Of a DNA stretch of 64,000 nt, positions 1 to 12,980 are shown one piece after another. Under the pieces are notes generated by a model. It was not told where the DNA came from. It was given only the letters and a program-made list of their open reading frames with translations, and ran no database searches. Position numbers and translations under genes: made by a program. Within the stretch, counting starts at the first letter, position 1, and each line of letters opens with the position of its first letter. This DNA comes from Somniosus microcephalus (taxonomy: Eukaryota), in assembly GCA_052327205.1 (NCBI GenBank), contig CM126204.1, positions 187,922,001-187,986,000 on the forward strand, read 5' to 3'.

Positions 1-3000
1 CAGAGAAGGTCATAGACTTAGGTAGCAGTGGGGGAATTAAAAAACAGAACGTGTCAGGAAGGGACAGAAGGTATGGAGTAAAAAGTAAAGTACTAAAAAG
101 GGAAAAAACAGGAACTAAGTGTTACAAAACATATTTGAAAGTTCTTTATCTGAATGCACGTAGCATTCATAACAAAATGAACGAGTTAACGGCACAAATA
201 ACGACATATGGGTATGATCTTGTGGCCATTACAGAAACATGGCTGCAGGGTGACCATGACTGGGAATTAAACATACCAGGTTATTTAACAATCAGGAAGG
301 ACAGGCAGGAAGGGAGAGGAGGTGGGGTGGCTATGTTAATAAAGGAAGGAATCACTATAATACAGAGAAATGATATTGGGTCAAAGGAGCAGGATAGTGA
401 AACAGTTTGGGTGGAGATAAGGAATAATAAGGGGAAAAAAACACTAGTGGGTGTAGTCTATAGGCCTCCGAACAGTTGCAACTCTGTTGGACGGAGTATT
501 AATCAGGAAATAGTTGAGGCTTGTAATAAGGGAACAGCTATAATTATGGGGGATTTTAATTATCATATTAACTGGACAAATCAAATTGGGCAGAGCAGCC
601 TTGAGGATGAGTTCATTGAGTGTATTAGGGATGGGTTTCTTGAGCAGTATGTAACTGAACCGACCAGGGGGCAAGCAACCTTAGATTTGGTCCTGTGTAA
701 TGAGACAGGATTAATTAAAAATGTCCTAGTAAAGGATCCCCTTGGAATGAGTGACCATAACATGGTTGAATTCCATATTCAATTAGAGGGTGAGAAGGTT
801 GGATCTCAAACAAGCGTGCTGAGCTTGAATAAAGGAGACTATGAAGGTATGAGAGTGGAATTGATTAGAGTGGACTGGGAAAATAGATTAAAGGGTAAGA
901 CGGTACATGATCAGTGGTGTACATTTAAGGAGTTATTTTACAACTTCCAAAAAATATATATTCCACTGAGGAAAAAAGGGTGTAAAAGAAAAGAAAAGAA
1001 AAGACAGCCTAAGTAAAGTAATTAAGGATAGTATCCGACTAAAAACAAGGGCATATAAGGTAGCCAAATCTAGTGGAAGGATGGAAGATTGGGAAGTCTT
1101 TAAAAGACAGCAAAAAATAACTAAAAGATTGATTAAGAAAGGGAAGATAGATTATGAAAGTAAATTAGCAAAAAATATAAAAACAGTCAGCAAAAGTTTC
1201 TATAGTTATATAAAAAGGAAAAGGGTGGCTAAAGTAAATGTTGGTCCCTTAGAGGATGAGACCGGGAAATTAATGGTGGGAAACATGGAGATGGCAAAGA
1301 CACTGAACAATTATTTTGTATCAGTCTTTACAGTAGAGGACACTAAGAATATCCCAACACTGGACAAACAGGGGGCTCTAGGGGGGGAGGAACTAAATAC
1401 GATTAAAATCACTAAGGAAGTGGTACTTGGTAAAATAATGGGACTCAAGGCGAATAAATCCCCTGGACCTGATGGCTTGCATCCTAGGGTCTTGAGGGAA
1501 GTGGCGGTAGGAATTGTGGATGCATTGGTAATAATTTTCCAAAACTCACTGGACTCAGCAAAGGTCCCGGCAGATTGGAAAACTGCTAATGTAACACCCT
1601 TATTTAAAAAGGGTAGTAGGCAGAAGGCTGGAAACTATAGACCTGTTAGCCTAACATCTGTGGTTGGTAAAATGTTAGAGTCCATTATTAAGGAGACAGT
1701 AACGGGACATTTGGATAAACATAATTTAATAGGACAAACTCAGCATGGTTTCATGAGGGGGAAGTCATGTTTGACAAATTTGCTTGAGTTTTTTGAGGAA
1801 GTAACATACAGGGTGGATAAAGGGGAACCAGTGGACGTAGTGTATTTAGACTTCCAAAAGGCATTTGACAAGGTGCCACACAAAAGATTATTGCTCAAGA
1901 TAAAAAATCACGGGATTGGGGGTAATATTCTGGCGTGGGTGGAGGATTGGTTCTCTAACAGAAAGCAGAGAGTTGGGATAAATGGTTCGTTCTCAGATTG
2001 GCAACCAGTAACTAGTGGTGTTCCGCAGGGGTCAGTGCTGGGTCCCCAACTCTTTACAATCTATATTAACGATTTGGAGGAGGGGACCGAGTGTAACATA
2101 TCAAAGTTTGCAGATGATACAAAGATGTGACGGAAAGTAGTGAGTGAGGAGGACATAAAAAACCTGCAAAGGGACATAGACAGGCTAAGTAAGTGGGCAG
2201 AGATTTGGCAGATGGAATACAATACTGGAAAGTGTGAGGTTATGCACTTTGGCAGGAAAAATCATAGAGCAAGTTATTATCTTAATGGCAAGAAACTGGA
2301 AAGTACTGTAGTACAAAGGGATCTGGGGGTCCTGGTGCACGAAACTCAAAAGGTTAGTATGCAGGTGCAGCAAGTGATCAAGAAGGCCAATGGAATGTTG
2401 GCTTTTATTGCTAGGGGGATGGAATATAAAAACTGGGAGGTATTGCTGCAGTTGTACAAGGTATTGGTGAGACCGCACCTGGAATACTGCATACAGTTTT
2501 GGTGTCCATACTTAAGAAAGGACATACTTGCTCTCAAGTCAGTACAAAGAAGGTTCACTCGGTTAATCCCGGGGATGAGGGGGTGGTCATATGAGGAGAG
2601 GTTGAGTAGATTGGGACTCTACTCATTGGAGTTCAGAAGAATGAGAGGCGATCTTATTGAAACATATAAGATTGTGAAGGGGCTTGATCGGGTGGATGCG
2701 GTGAGGATGTTCCCAATGAAGGGTGAAACTAGAACTAGGGGGCATAATCTTAAAATAAGGGGCTGCTCTTTCAAAACTGAGATGAGGAGAAACTTCTTCA
2801 CTCAGAGGGTGGTAGGTTTGTGGAATTTGCTGCCCCAGAAAGCTGTGGAAGCTACATCATTAAATAAATTTAAAACAGAAATAGATAGTTTCCTAGAAGT
2901 AAAGGGAATTAAGGGTTACGGGGAGTGGGCAGGAAATTGGACATGAGTCTAGGTTCGGAATGGTCATGGCCCTGTGGGTAGTGGAGTGGGCCCAGGGGCC

Positions 3001-3388
3001 GTGTAGCCTGGTTCTGCTCCTACTGTGTTCTAATTCTGTGTTAGATTTCAGGAGATGGTTTTATTCCTGTTCCTGGCTGGGGTGGAGATCGCCTTTACAG
3101 AAGGTAAGTACTGTAGAAAATATAGGGACAGAGTGATCTCCTGGAAGAATTTCGATCGCCTAGATGGGTCGGAGAGGAATTTCCCAGATTTTTTTCTGCC
3201 AAATTGGCCATTGGGTCTTTATCTGGTTTTTCGCCTCTCCCAGGAGATCACATGGGTTCGGGTGGATGCAGAGTGATAGAAGATTTGAGGTTAGGATCAG
3301 ATCAGCCATGATCTTATTGAATGGTGGAGCAGGCTCGAGGGGCCGATTGGCCTACTCCTGCTCCTATTTCTTATGTTCTTATGTTCTT
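1..3388 (+). mobile_element. CR1 LINE, nearly complete ORF2 (APE endonuclease + RT) with 3' UTR
   Basis: ORFs 51-1016 (YLNARS, ETWL, MGDFN, SDH), 1081-2130 (QGSVLGP, FADD) and 2140-2946. One frameshift near 1000 and an in-frame TGA at 2128-2130. Ends in a (TTCTTATG)n-type tail at ~3368-3390. Confidence 0.95.
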
Positions 3389-3391
3389 ATA

Positions 3392-5062
3392 TCGGCCTCC
3401 TCCTGAGGTGCCCACCACCACAGAAGCCAGTCTTCAACCAATTCGATTCACTCCACGTGATATCAAGAAATGGTTGAGTGCACTGGATACAGTAAAGGCT
3501 ATGGGCTCCGACAACATCTCAGTTGTCGTGCTGAAGACTTGTGCTCCAGAACTAGTCACGTTGCCAAGCTCTTCCAGTACAGCTACAACACTGGCATCTA
3601 TCCGACAATATAGAAAACTGCCCAGGTATGTCCTGTCCACAAAAAGCAGGACAAATACAATCCGGCCCATTACCGCCCCATCAGTCTATTCAGCAAAGTG
3701 ATGGAAGGTGTTGTCGACAGTGCTATCAAGCAGCACTCACTCACCAATAACCTGCTCACTGATGCCTAGTTTGGGTTCCGCCAGGACCACTCAGCTCCAG
3801 ACTTCATTACAGCCTTAGTCCAAACATGGACAAAGGAGCTGAATTCCGGAAGTGAGGTGAGAGTGACTGCCCTTGACATCAAGGCAGCATTTGACCGAGT
3901 GTGGCATCAAGGAGCCCTAGTAAAACTGAAGTCAATGGGAATTGGGGGGGGGGGAACTCTCCACTGGCTGGGGTCATACCTAGCACAAAGGAAGATGGTT
4001 GTGGTGGTTGGAGGTCAATCATCACAGCCCCAGGATATCGCAGCAGGAGTTCCTCAGGGCAGTGTCCTCGGTCCAACCATCTTCAGCTGCTTCATCAATG
4101 ACCTTCCCTCCATCATAAGGTCAGAAATGGGGATGTTTGCTGATGACTGCACAGTGTTCAGTGCCATTTGCAACTCCTCAGGCGTACCTAAAAATGAAGT
4201 GCCAACCTGGGGAAGCTGCAACACAGGACTACATGCATGAAACAAGACCTGGACGACATTCAAGCTTGGGCTGATAAGTGGCAGGTAACATTCACGCCAC
4301 ACAAGTGCCAGGCAATGACTATCTCCAACAAGGGAGAGTCTAATCACCGCCCCTTGACATTGAATGGCATTATCATCACCGAATCCCCCACCATCAACAT
4401 CCTGAGGATCATGAAACTTAACTGGACCAGCCACATAAATGCTGTGGCAACAAGAGTGGGTCAGAGGCTGGGTATTCTGCGGTGAGTGTCTCACCTCCTG
4501 ACTCCCCAAAGCCTTTCCAGCATCTAAAAGGCACAAGTAAGGAGTATGATGGAATGCTCTCCACTTGCCTGGATGAGTGCAGCTCCAACAATACTCAAGA
4601 AGCTCGGCACCATCCAAGACAAAGCAGCCCACTTGATTGGCACCCCATCCACCACCTTAAACATTTACTCCCTCCACCACCAGCGTACCGTGGCTGCAGT
4701 GTGTACCACCTACAAGATGCACTGCAGCAACTCGCCAAGACTTCTTTGGCAGCATCTCTCAAACACGCGACCTCTACCACCTAGAAGGACAAGGGCAGCA
4801 GGCGCATGGGAACACCACCACCTGCAAGTTCCCCTCCAAGTCACACACCATCCTGACTTGGAAATATATCAATGTTCCCTCATCGTCGCTGGGTCAAAAT
4901 CCTGGAACTCCCTCCCTAACAGCCCTGAGGGAGTACCTTCACCACACAGACTGCAGCGGTTCAAGAAGTGGCTCACCACCACCTTCTCAAGGGCAACTAG
5001 GGATGGGCAATAAGTGCCGGCCTTGCCAGCGATGCCCACATGCCAGTAATGAATAAAAAAAA
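3392..5062 (+). mobile_element. 5'-truncated degenerate LINE (CR1/jockey group RT), a different family from the adjacent CR1
   Basis: RT fragments [22 protein letters not shown] and MFADD in broken frames. Ends in AATGAATAAAAAAAA. Confidence 0.85.
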
Positions 5063-5648
5063 ATATTATTTTTATTTATTTGTACAATTTGGTTTATGCA
5101 ACTGCTAAGTCACGGATAAAATAAAGAGTGCATCACTATGGACTCGATTTTCATTGAGCCGTGGAGTCGGGCTTGGAGGCAAAAACTGGCGGGCGGGACC
5201 CCCCCGCCTGGTTCCTGACTCCGAGCAATTTTAACTCAGGCGTGTCTGATGGTCCCAACTCCGTCCCGCATCCAACAGGTGGGACTGGTCATTAAGGCCC
5301 TTAATAACCACTAAATGGCCGCTATAATCCTATTTTAACTGGCCCTTGCAACTTTAACCCTTTTCCCACGTAAAACACGCCTGGTGGGAATCATGAATGT
5401 GAAACCTGGTGGGAGCACTATTGGATTGCTGACTATCAACTGCAGGTCAACCATTAAAGAGGAGATTTGATCAGCCATCATTTGCAGGTGGCAGGACTTA
5501 GTGGTCTCAGGTCTGGGGCAACTTTTACAAGGCTTAACCACACCTGTGGAAGGTTGGAGCCTCACACCCATCTCCAGTGTGGCCTCCTGGGAAATCCCTC
5601 TCGCCACCTTCACGCAGCGCTTCCTCAATGGAGGCATATACCAGAAGC

Positions 5649-6956
5649 ATGGGAGCCATTTATTTCCTTCCCATCTGGGCATTGGAGGAGCTCGAGCACC
5701 AGCTGTGTCAGCAGCAGAACCAGGAACAACAGCAGCACCAGCACCAGCAGCAGGAGCACCAGGCTGCTGCTCACCCACCTGAGGCTGCACAGGCCAGAAG
5801 GGACCAGCGCCTGGAAGCCTATCGGCGCAGGAGATACCCACCAAACAGGGTCTACAGGTGCAGGATCACCTATCTCAACATGTCTGAGCAGCAGTGCCAA
5901 AGGCGGTTCCGAATTTCTCGAGAATTAGTGACTGACATCTGCGCAATGCTACAGCAAGACCTGCTGCCCAGAGGACCAGGTGGACAAGCATTTCCAGTGG
6001 CCATCAAAGTCACCACCGCACTCAACTTTTTTGCCTCAGGCTCATTCCAGGGATCAGCAGCCGACATCAGCGGCATCTCCCAGGCGGCTGCACACATTTG
6101 CATCACGCAGGTAACCGATGCCCTCTTTGCCCTCACGTACAGTCACATCCATTTCACCAAGGATCAAGCAAGTGTCACGGCGCGAGCGGTTGGATTAACT
6201 CATCTGGCAGGCTTTCCAAGGGTGCAGGGCATCTTTGACTGCACACATATGGCCCTTAGGGCACCCCATTGCAATCCAGGTATTTTTGTCAACCTCAAGG
6301 GCTTCCACTCCCTCAACGTTCAGCTGGTGTGTGACCACAAGAAGGAGATTTTGCATGTTTGTGCCATGTACCCTGGCAGTTGCCATGACTCCTTCATACT
6401 GCGCCAGTCTAGTGTGTCTCCGCTATTCAGTCCACCAGACCAACTTAACGGATGGCTACTTGGAGACAAGGGCTATCCCCTGAGGACGTGCCTGATGACG
6501 CCGTTGAGACGGCCAGCCAACAAAGCTGAGGAGCGCTACAACTCCAGACACATTTCCACCAGATCCATTATCGAACAAACCATCGGTTTGCTGAAGAATC
6601 ACTTCAGATGCCTGGATAGATCAGGTGGAGCCCTGCAGTACTCAGCAGCCAGGGTCTCCAGAATCATCGTGGTTTGCTGTGCACTTCACAACATCGCACA
6701 GCGTCATGGCTTGCAGATTCCTGAGGACCAAGTGGCTCCTCACATATCCTCCTCAGATGAGGAGGAGGAGGAGGAGGGCGAAAATGAACATCCTGCAGAG
6801 GCCCATCAACCAGCGGCAGCATTACGTGAGAACATGCTGCCCGGGATGCAAGGAACGTACTCATCCTGGCCAGATTTGCTCAGCCTAGTCAGACACTTTT
6901 GCCTCGCAGCTTCTTACCTGAGCATCGACAATGGCCAAGACCCTGCGGATTTCTAG
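5649..6956 (+). CDS. Harbinger (HARBI1-like) DDE transposase
   Basis: Motifs [47 protein letters not shown] and CCALHN, plus an acidic tail. The extreme C-terminus is probably frameshifted. Start codon is inferred. Confidence 0.9.
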   Translation: MGAIYFLPIWALEELEHQLCQQQNQEQQQHQHQQQEHQAAAHPPEAAQARRDQRLEAYRRRRYPPNRVYRCRITYLNMSEQQCQRRFRISRELVTDICAMLQQDLLPRGPGGQAFPVAIKVTTALNFFASGSFQGSAADISGISQAAAHICITQVTDALFALTYSHIHFTKDQASVTARAVGLTHLAGFPRVQGIFDCTHMALRAPHCNPGIFVNLKGFHSLNVQLVCDHKKEILHVCAMYPGSCHDSFILRQSSVSPLFSPPDQLNGWLLGDKGYPLRTCLMTPLRRPANKAEERYNSRHISTRSIIEQTIGLLKNHFRCLDRSGGALQYSAARVSRIIVVCCALHNIAQRHGLQIPEDQVAPHISSSDEEEEEEGENEHPAEAHQPAAALRENMLPGMQGTYSSWPDLLSLVRHFCLAASYLSIDNGQDPADF

Positions 6957-7136
6957 CTATTTGACCAGCATACTGACAATTGCAAGTAATCCTAAGCCCT
7001 CAATGTGAAAGTCCCATTCGCGAAATGACACATGCCACAACTACAGCAGTAGCCATCAGATTTTTTATTAACATTATTAATCTGATGGCTTTCTCTAACA
7101 ATACATCAAATTTCACCCAAGTGACTACCCTTGTAA

Positions 7137-9129
7137 CTACTTGTGCTTTATCTTCCTCTTACGCGTGCTCCTACGTAGTGCTTCCCCTGTGGCTTCAGCA
7201 GATGTGGAGGCTCCTTGCTCACTTTCCTGCTGTTCCTGTCTCGACACCTTTGGCGGGCATCCTCTGGGGTTGCGAGCCTGTGAGGGCTCGTCAACAGTCT
7301 GCTGCTCCTGCGGCTGTGCGGGGGTTGAGACGTCTATCTCACTTGGGTGTGGACTCCGGCAGGGCTCTGACCGAGTACTCTGCAGTGGCATGGAAATGTG
7401 AGCACTTGGAGAGGAACCCCCACTTCCTTGAGGTCTGCCACCAACCTCCCTCTCATGGGTCAGGTCCCCCTCAGCACCTTGCTGCACATCATGGGGGCCA
7501 TCTGCAATGGCAGTGCTACTCAAAAGGACTTCCATGAAGGTCTGGTTTCTCTGTTCAATAGATGCCCATCGCTCCTCAAGAGATGTCATTCTATTCTGAA
7601 CAATGACCATGTTTTCCATACCCTGGCGGCTAAGCTCCTCCATGGCCGTAGCCCTCCTCTCCTCTACCATAGCCATCCTCTCCTGTACGGTAGCCAGCCT
7701 TACCACAGAGGTAGCAATCGTTTCCACGGAGGTAGCCATCCTTTCCGTGTTGATGCGTTCATGTGCCAATGACTCCACAAAGGCTCTGTTCATGTTCGCT
7801 ATGGACTCCTCCATTTGCTGCACACTCGCAGCGACCCTAGAGACAAAACCTGCCAGAGACTCCTGCATCTGTGCCTGGAGTTCCAGCACCGCTCTTCTTC
7901 TGGATGGACCCAGAGGCAGAGGGTCGACATGCTGCTGAGCCGAGCTGGCAGAGTCCTACGCCCTCCGACTAGGACTCTCCACTGCTGTCCCTGTCTCCAC
8001 AGTCTGCTGATGCTCACTTGTGAGCTGTGATACACCAGGTGACAACACTATGTCCCGAAGGTCCCACCGAGGTGTGAGTGTCTGCGCTGGTGCTGGGTGC
8101 ACTGAATTCTGCTGACGCTGCGCCCTCAGAGGTTGCAGCTTCCTCTGAGGAGTCTGGCTGCTCAGCCTCTTCTTCCTGGCTAGGGGGGACGGATGCTTGT
8201 GATGGTCCTGTGGGGGAGTAAAGGAAAGAGTCAGAGATGTAGTGCAAAGGCTACATGCACATAACTTTTTGCAGATGCTCAAAAGTGCATCTGTTACAGC
8301 TTCACAATCATTATCAGCGACTCATGCAATGTCAAAGAGAGAGATGGGAAACTTTTCTGTCACCAGCTTGCTGTGTTGCACGCGTCTGTCCATCCACCAC
8401 GCGCAAATCATCCTCAATGCCCATGATTTCCAGGACGGCCTCCTCCCAGGGGGTCAGGTGGGCTATTGAGGGTGGCTCTCCTCCTGTCCTGGCTCGCTCT
8501 CTTTTGTTGTGAGCTCTCTTTTCCTGCAATGAGGGAGACAAGTGGAGGTTGAGTGAGAATGAAGGAGTGAGTGTAGAGATTGCATAGCATAGATACTTAG
8601 AAGGAGACAAAGATGGAGTGAGGTTGTAAGACCAATGGCCCTCCCTGTGTGTTGTCAGTTGTGTTCAAAGCATCAGAGTGAGAGGGAGTGTGAGGGCTGC
8701 ATGGTGGAATAGTTATGTGAATGTGAGCATAGAGGGAGAGGGAATGGGTAAGGGTGCATGGATGTCAGTGTCAAGTGGGATGTGGAGGAAGAGATTGCTA
8801 AAGCTGAGTGCTGGTGAGGAAAGGCAATGGGGATCAGATTGAGGGTGATGGGAAATTCATACTCACTTTTCCATTGCGCTGAAGGTCATGAAATCTTTTC
8901 CTGCACTGTATCCAGGTTCTGCGGGTGACTCCCAAGTAGTTGACCTCCTCAGCCACCTGCATCCACACAGCTTGGTCTGAGTGGGAGGCCTCTTCCTCCC
9001 TGATGAAGGGAACAGGACCTTCCTGTTGGCCCTAGCCCCATCCACCAATGCCTGCAGTGCTGCCTCGTCAAAGCGATGAGCTGCTCTTGCCCCCCCGCTT
9101 GTCATCTTTCCTGCAGGTCCCTCTGACAT
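7137..9129 (-). pseudogene. Harbinger Myb/SANT-like DNA-binding gene, 3 exons (~9129-8867, 8523-8364, 8207-7137), frameshifted
   Basis: RAAHRFDEAALQALVDG...VLFP...W...RTWIQCRKRFHDL is a trihelix/Myb motif with a frameshift near 8965. Exon 2 begins EKRAHNKRERARTGG. GT/AG sites present. The last exon has a coiled coil and a basic C-terminus. Confidence 0.82.
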
Positions 9130-9705
9130 CAAATGGAGGAAGCTTGGAAGCCTGCAGAAGAAGCAAGGCTTTCTGTGGACCTTAAATGCAGCAGCAATGA
9201 TGATGTCATCGGAGGGGACTTTCAGTCATGAAAAACCCCTTTGCAAAGGCTTCCCACACGTTGGAAATCAATTGGCCAATTGAGTTAAAATTGCATCAAT
9301 CTCCCACATCCATCGAGATTCATGTGGGAAACACGAAATTCGAATAACACGACAACAGCCCACACCTGAGTTAAAATCGAGCCCTATATGTCTGAGGCTA
9401 ATGCTGTTTTGAAACAAGAGTATTATCCTGCTGCTGAAGTAAGCGTTATGTAACTGGTGTCTTTCAAATGTGAAAAGGTGTCATTGTTGTCTTCACTTAA
9501 AAAAAGATAGGAACAAATTCTTAATTTTTAACCTAAGAGAAATCAAAATGGCTGATAGAGTTCCTCTTCAGGAATCAAAAATGTTCCAAATCGCCACATT
9601 GTATTTCCGCGAGATTTAGACATTACATTCCAAGATCGCGAGTGATGCTTTATTTCACTCTGAAATTGCGTCTCTCGCGATGGATTCGCGAGAGTTGGCA
9701 ATACT

Positions 9706-10241
9706 GCTTTGACCCCAAGATGAGCTTCTGACCACATAACCGCGCCATCACTTAGACCACCGACTTCCACCTCCGGAACATCGCCCGTCTCGGCCCCTGC
9801 CTCAGCTCATCCGCTGCTGAAACCCTCATCCATGCCTTTGTTACCTCTAGACTTGACTATTCCAATGCACACAAACTGGCCTCCCACGTTCTACCATCTG
9901 TAAACTCGAGGTCATCCAAAACTCTGCCCGTGTTCTAACTCGCACCAAGTTTCATTCACCCATCACCCCTGTGCTCGCAGACCTACATTGGTTCCCGGTT
10001 AAGTAACACCTCAATTTTAAAATTCTCATCATTGTTTTCAAATCCCTCCATGACCTCGCCCCACCCTATTTCTGTAATCTCTTCCAGTCCCTACAACCCT
10101 CCAAGATATCTGCGCTCCTCTAATTCTGGCCTCTTGAGCATTCGCGATTTTAATTGTGCCACCATTCGTGGCCGTGCCTTCAGCTGCCAAGACCCTAAGC
10201 CCTGGAATTCCCTCCCTAAATCTCTCTGCCTCTCTTTCCTC
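9706..10241 (+). mobile_element. L2 LINE 3' fragment (first half, interrupted)
   Basis: Typical L2 ORF2 end (CATGCCTTTGTTACCTCTAGACTTGACTATTCC; CACCCATCACCCCTGTGCTCGC). Homologous to 51545-52148. Resumes at ~16706. Confidence 0.85.
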
Positions 10242-12980
10242 CAGCGGAATGCACATCCTGTGCAGGATGTTTCCCGTGTCCTGGACAACCATGTGTGCAG
10301 GAGGTGTCATCAGCTGGAGGAGCTCGAGCTCCGGGTTTCGGAGCTTGAGCAGCAGCTGGCGTCACTGCGGTGCATCCATGAGGTTGAGAGCTACGTGGAT
10401 AGCACGTTTCAGGAGGTGGTCACCCTGCAGCTAAGGAGTGCGTAGGCAGAGAGGGAATGGGTGACTGCCAGACAGAAGAGGAGGACCAGGCAGGTTGTGC
10501 AGAAGTTCCCTGAGTGCATCTTGCTCTCCAACCAGTATTCTGATCTGAGTACTGGTGAGGGAGATGGTTCCTCTGGGGAGTATAGCCAGAGCCAAGTCCA
10601 TGGCACGACGGGTGTCTCAGCTGTACAGGGGGGAGGAGGAAGACAAGGAAAACAATAGTGGTAGGGGATTCTATAGTTAGGGGAGCAGACAGGCATTTCT
10701 GCGGCTGCAGACACGACTCCAGGATGGTATGTTGCCTCCCTGGTGCCAGGGTTAAGGATGTCAATGAGTGGCTGCAGAACATTCTGAGGGGGGAGGATGA
10801 ACAGCCAGAGGTTGTGGTCTATATTGGTACCAATGACATAGGTAGAAAGAGGGATGAGTTCTTGCAGGAGCTAGGAAAGAGATTAAAAAGCAGGACTCAA
10901 AGGTAGTAATCTCTGGATTACTCCTGGTGCCATGCGCGAGTGAGTATAGAAATAGGAGGATAGAGCAGATGAATGTGTGGCTGGAGAGATAGTGCAGGAG
11001 GGAGGGCTTCAGATTCCTGGGCCATTGGGGCCAGTTCTGGGGGAGGTGGGACCTGTACAGGCCGGACGGGTTGCACCTCAACAGAGTCGGTACCAATGTC
11101 CTTGCGGGGAGGTTTGCTAGTGCTGTTGGGGGGGGGGGGTTTAAACTAAGTTGGCAGGGGGATGGGCACCAGGATGTAGCATTAGAAAGGAGAAATAAAG
11201 GGCACAATGGATTGGGAGAGACAGATAGCACTAAAGCAATAAATTGTAAGGTATTAGGTGGGGTCAGACCAAGAGAGAACACAGGATAGTCTAAGATAGG
11301 TTTACAATGTATGTATGTGAACGCACGAAGCGTAGTAAACAAGGTAAGTGAGCTGCAGGCACAAATAGCCACATGGGAATTTGATGTTGGGGCAATAACA
11401 GAGACCTGGCTCAAAAAAGGGCAGGATTAGGTATTAAATATTCCTGGATATTGGGTGTTCAGGAAAGATAGGAGGTGGGGTGGCAGTATTGGTTAAGGAG
11501 AATGTTACAGTGCTGGAGAGAGAGGATGTCCTGGAGGGGTCAAGGACAGAATCATTTTGGGTAGGGTTAAGAAACAATAGAGGTGTCATTACACTACTAG
11601 GTGTATTCTATAGGCCATCAACTAATGGGGAATTTATGGAGGAGCAAATTTGCAGTGAAATTACAGAGAGCTGCAAGAACTATAGAGTAGTGATAATGGG
11701 GGACTTCAACTATCCTAATATAGGCTGGGATAGTAATAATGTAAAGGGCAGGAAGGGGGAAGAATTTCTGAAGCCCAATGAGGAAGGAGGCATTGCTGGA
11801 TCTAGTTCTGGGGAATGAAGTAGGTCAAGTGGAGCAAGTGTCTGTAGGTGAACATTTAGGGAACAGTGATCATAGCATCATAAGGTTTAGATTAGCTATG
11901 GAAAAGGACAGGGAGCAATCTAGAGTAAAAATACTTAATTGGAGGAAGGCCAATTTCAGTGGCATGAGAACAGTTCTGGCCCGGGTAAATTGGAATCAAA
12001 GATTGGCACGCAAAACTGAAGTGGAACAAGGGGCTGCCTTTAAAGAGGAAATAGTTAGGGTACAGTCGAGGTATATTCCCATTAAGGGGAAAAGTATGGC
12101 AACCAAAGTCAGAGCTCCCTGGATGATGAAAGAGATAGAGTCAGATGAAGCAGAAAAAGAGCACGTATGACAGATGTCAGATTGAGAATACATCTGAGAA
12201 TCAGGCTATATATAGAAAGTTCAGAGGAGAAATGAAAAAGAAAATAAGAGGGGCAAAGAGAGGGTATCAGAATAGAATGTCAGCTAACATAAAAGGTAAT
12301 TCAAAATAGACAGATAAATAGTAAACGGGTAGTAAGAGAGGGGTGGTGGAGCCGATTAGGGACCAAAAAGGAGACCTATGCATGGAGGCAGAGGGTATGG
12401 CTGAGGTACTAAATGAGTACTTTGCATCTGTCTTCACCAAGGAAGAAGATACTGCCATAGATATAGTAAAGGAGGAGGTAGAGGAGATACTGGATGGGAT
12501 AAGAATTGATAAAGACGAGGTACTAGAAAGACTGCCTGTACTTAAAGTAGATAAGTCACCAGGATCGGATTGGATGCATCCTAGGATGCTGAGGGAAGTG
12601 AAGGAAGAAATCATGGAGGTACTGGCCATAATCTTCCAATCCTCCTTAGAAACGGGGGTGGTGCCAGAGGACCAGCGAATTGCAAATGTTACACCCTGTT
12701 CAAAAAAGTGTGTAAAGATAAACCAAGAAACTATAGGCCGGTCAGTTTAACCTCGGTAATGGGGAAGCTTTTAGAAACAATAATCAGGGACAAAATTAAC
12801 AGTCACTTGGACAAGTGTGGATTAATTAAGGAAAGTCAGCACAAATTTGTTAAAGGCAAATCGTGTTTAACCAACTTGCTAGAGTTTTTTGATGAGATAA
12901 CAGAGAGCGCTGATGAGGACAATGCGGTTGATGTGATGTACATGGATTTCCAAAAGGCGTTGAACAAACTGCCACATAAT

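Larger units (their letters stand above)
5140..9384. mobile_element. Near full-length PIF/Harbinger DNA transposon, two convergent genes
   Basis: TIRs GGACTCGATTTT (5140) and AAAATCGAGCCC (9384). 3-bp TSD TAT (5137-5139 and 9385-9387). Transposase on plus strand, Myb/SANT gene on minus strand. Confidence 0.93.

Noticed and set aside
5577-6956. Host gene HARBI1
   Set aside because: Sits between TIRs with a TSD next to a Myb partner, so it is a transposon gene and not the domesticated gene.
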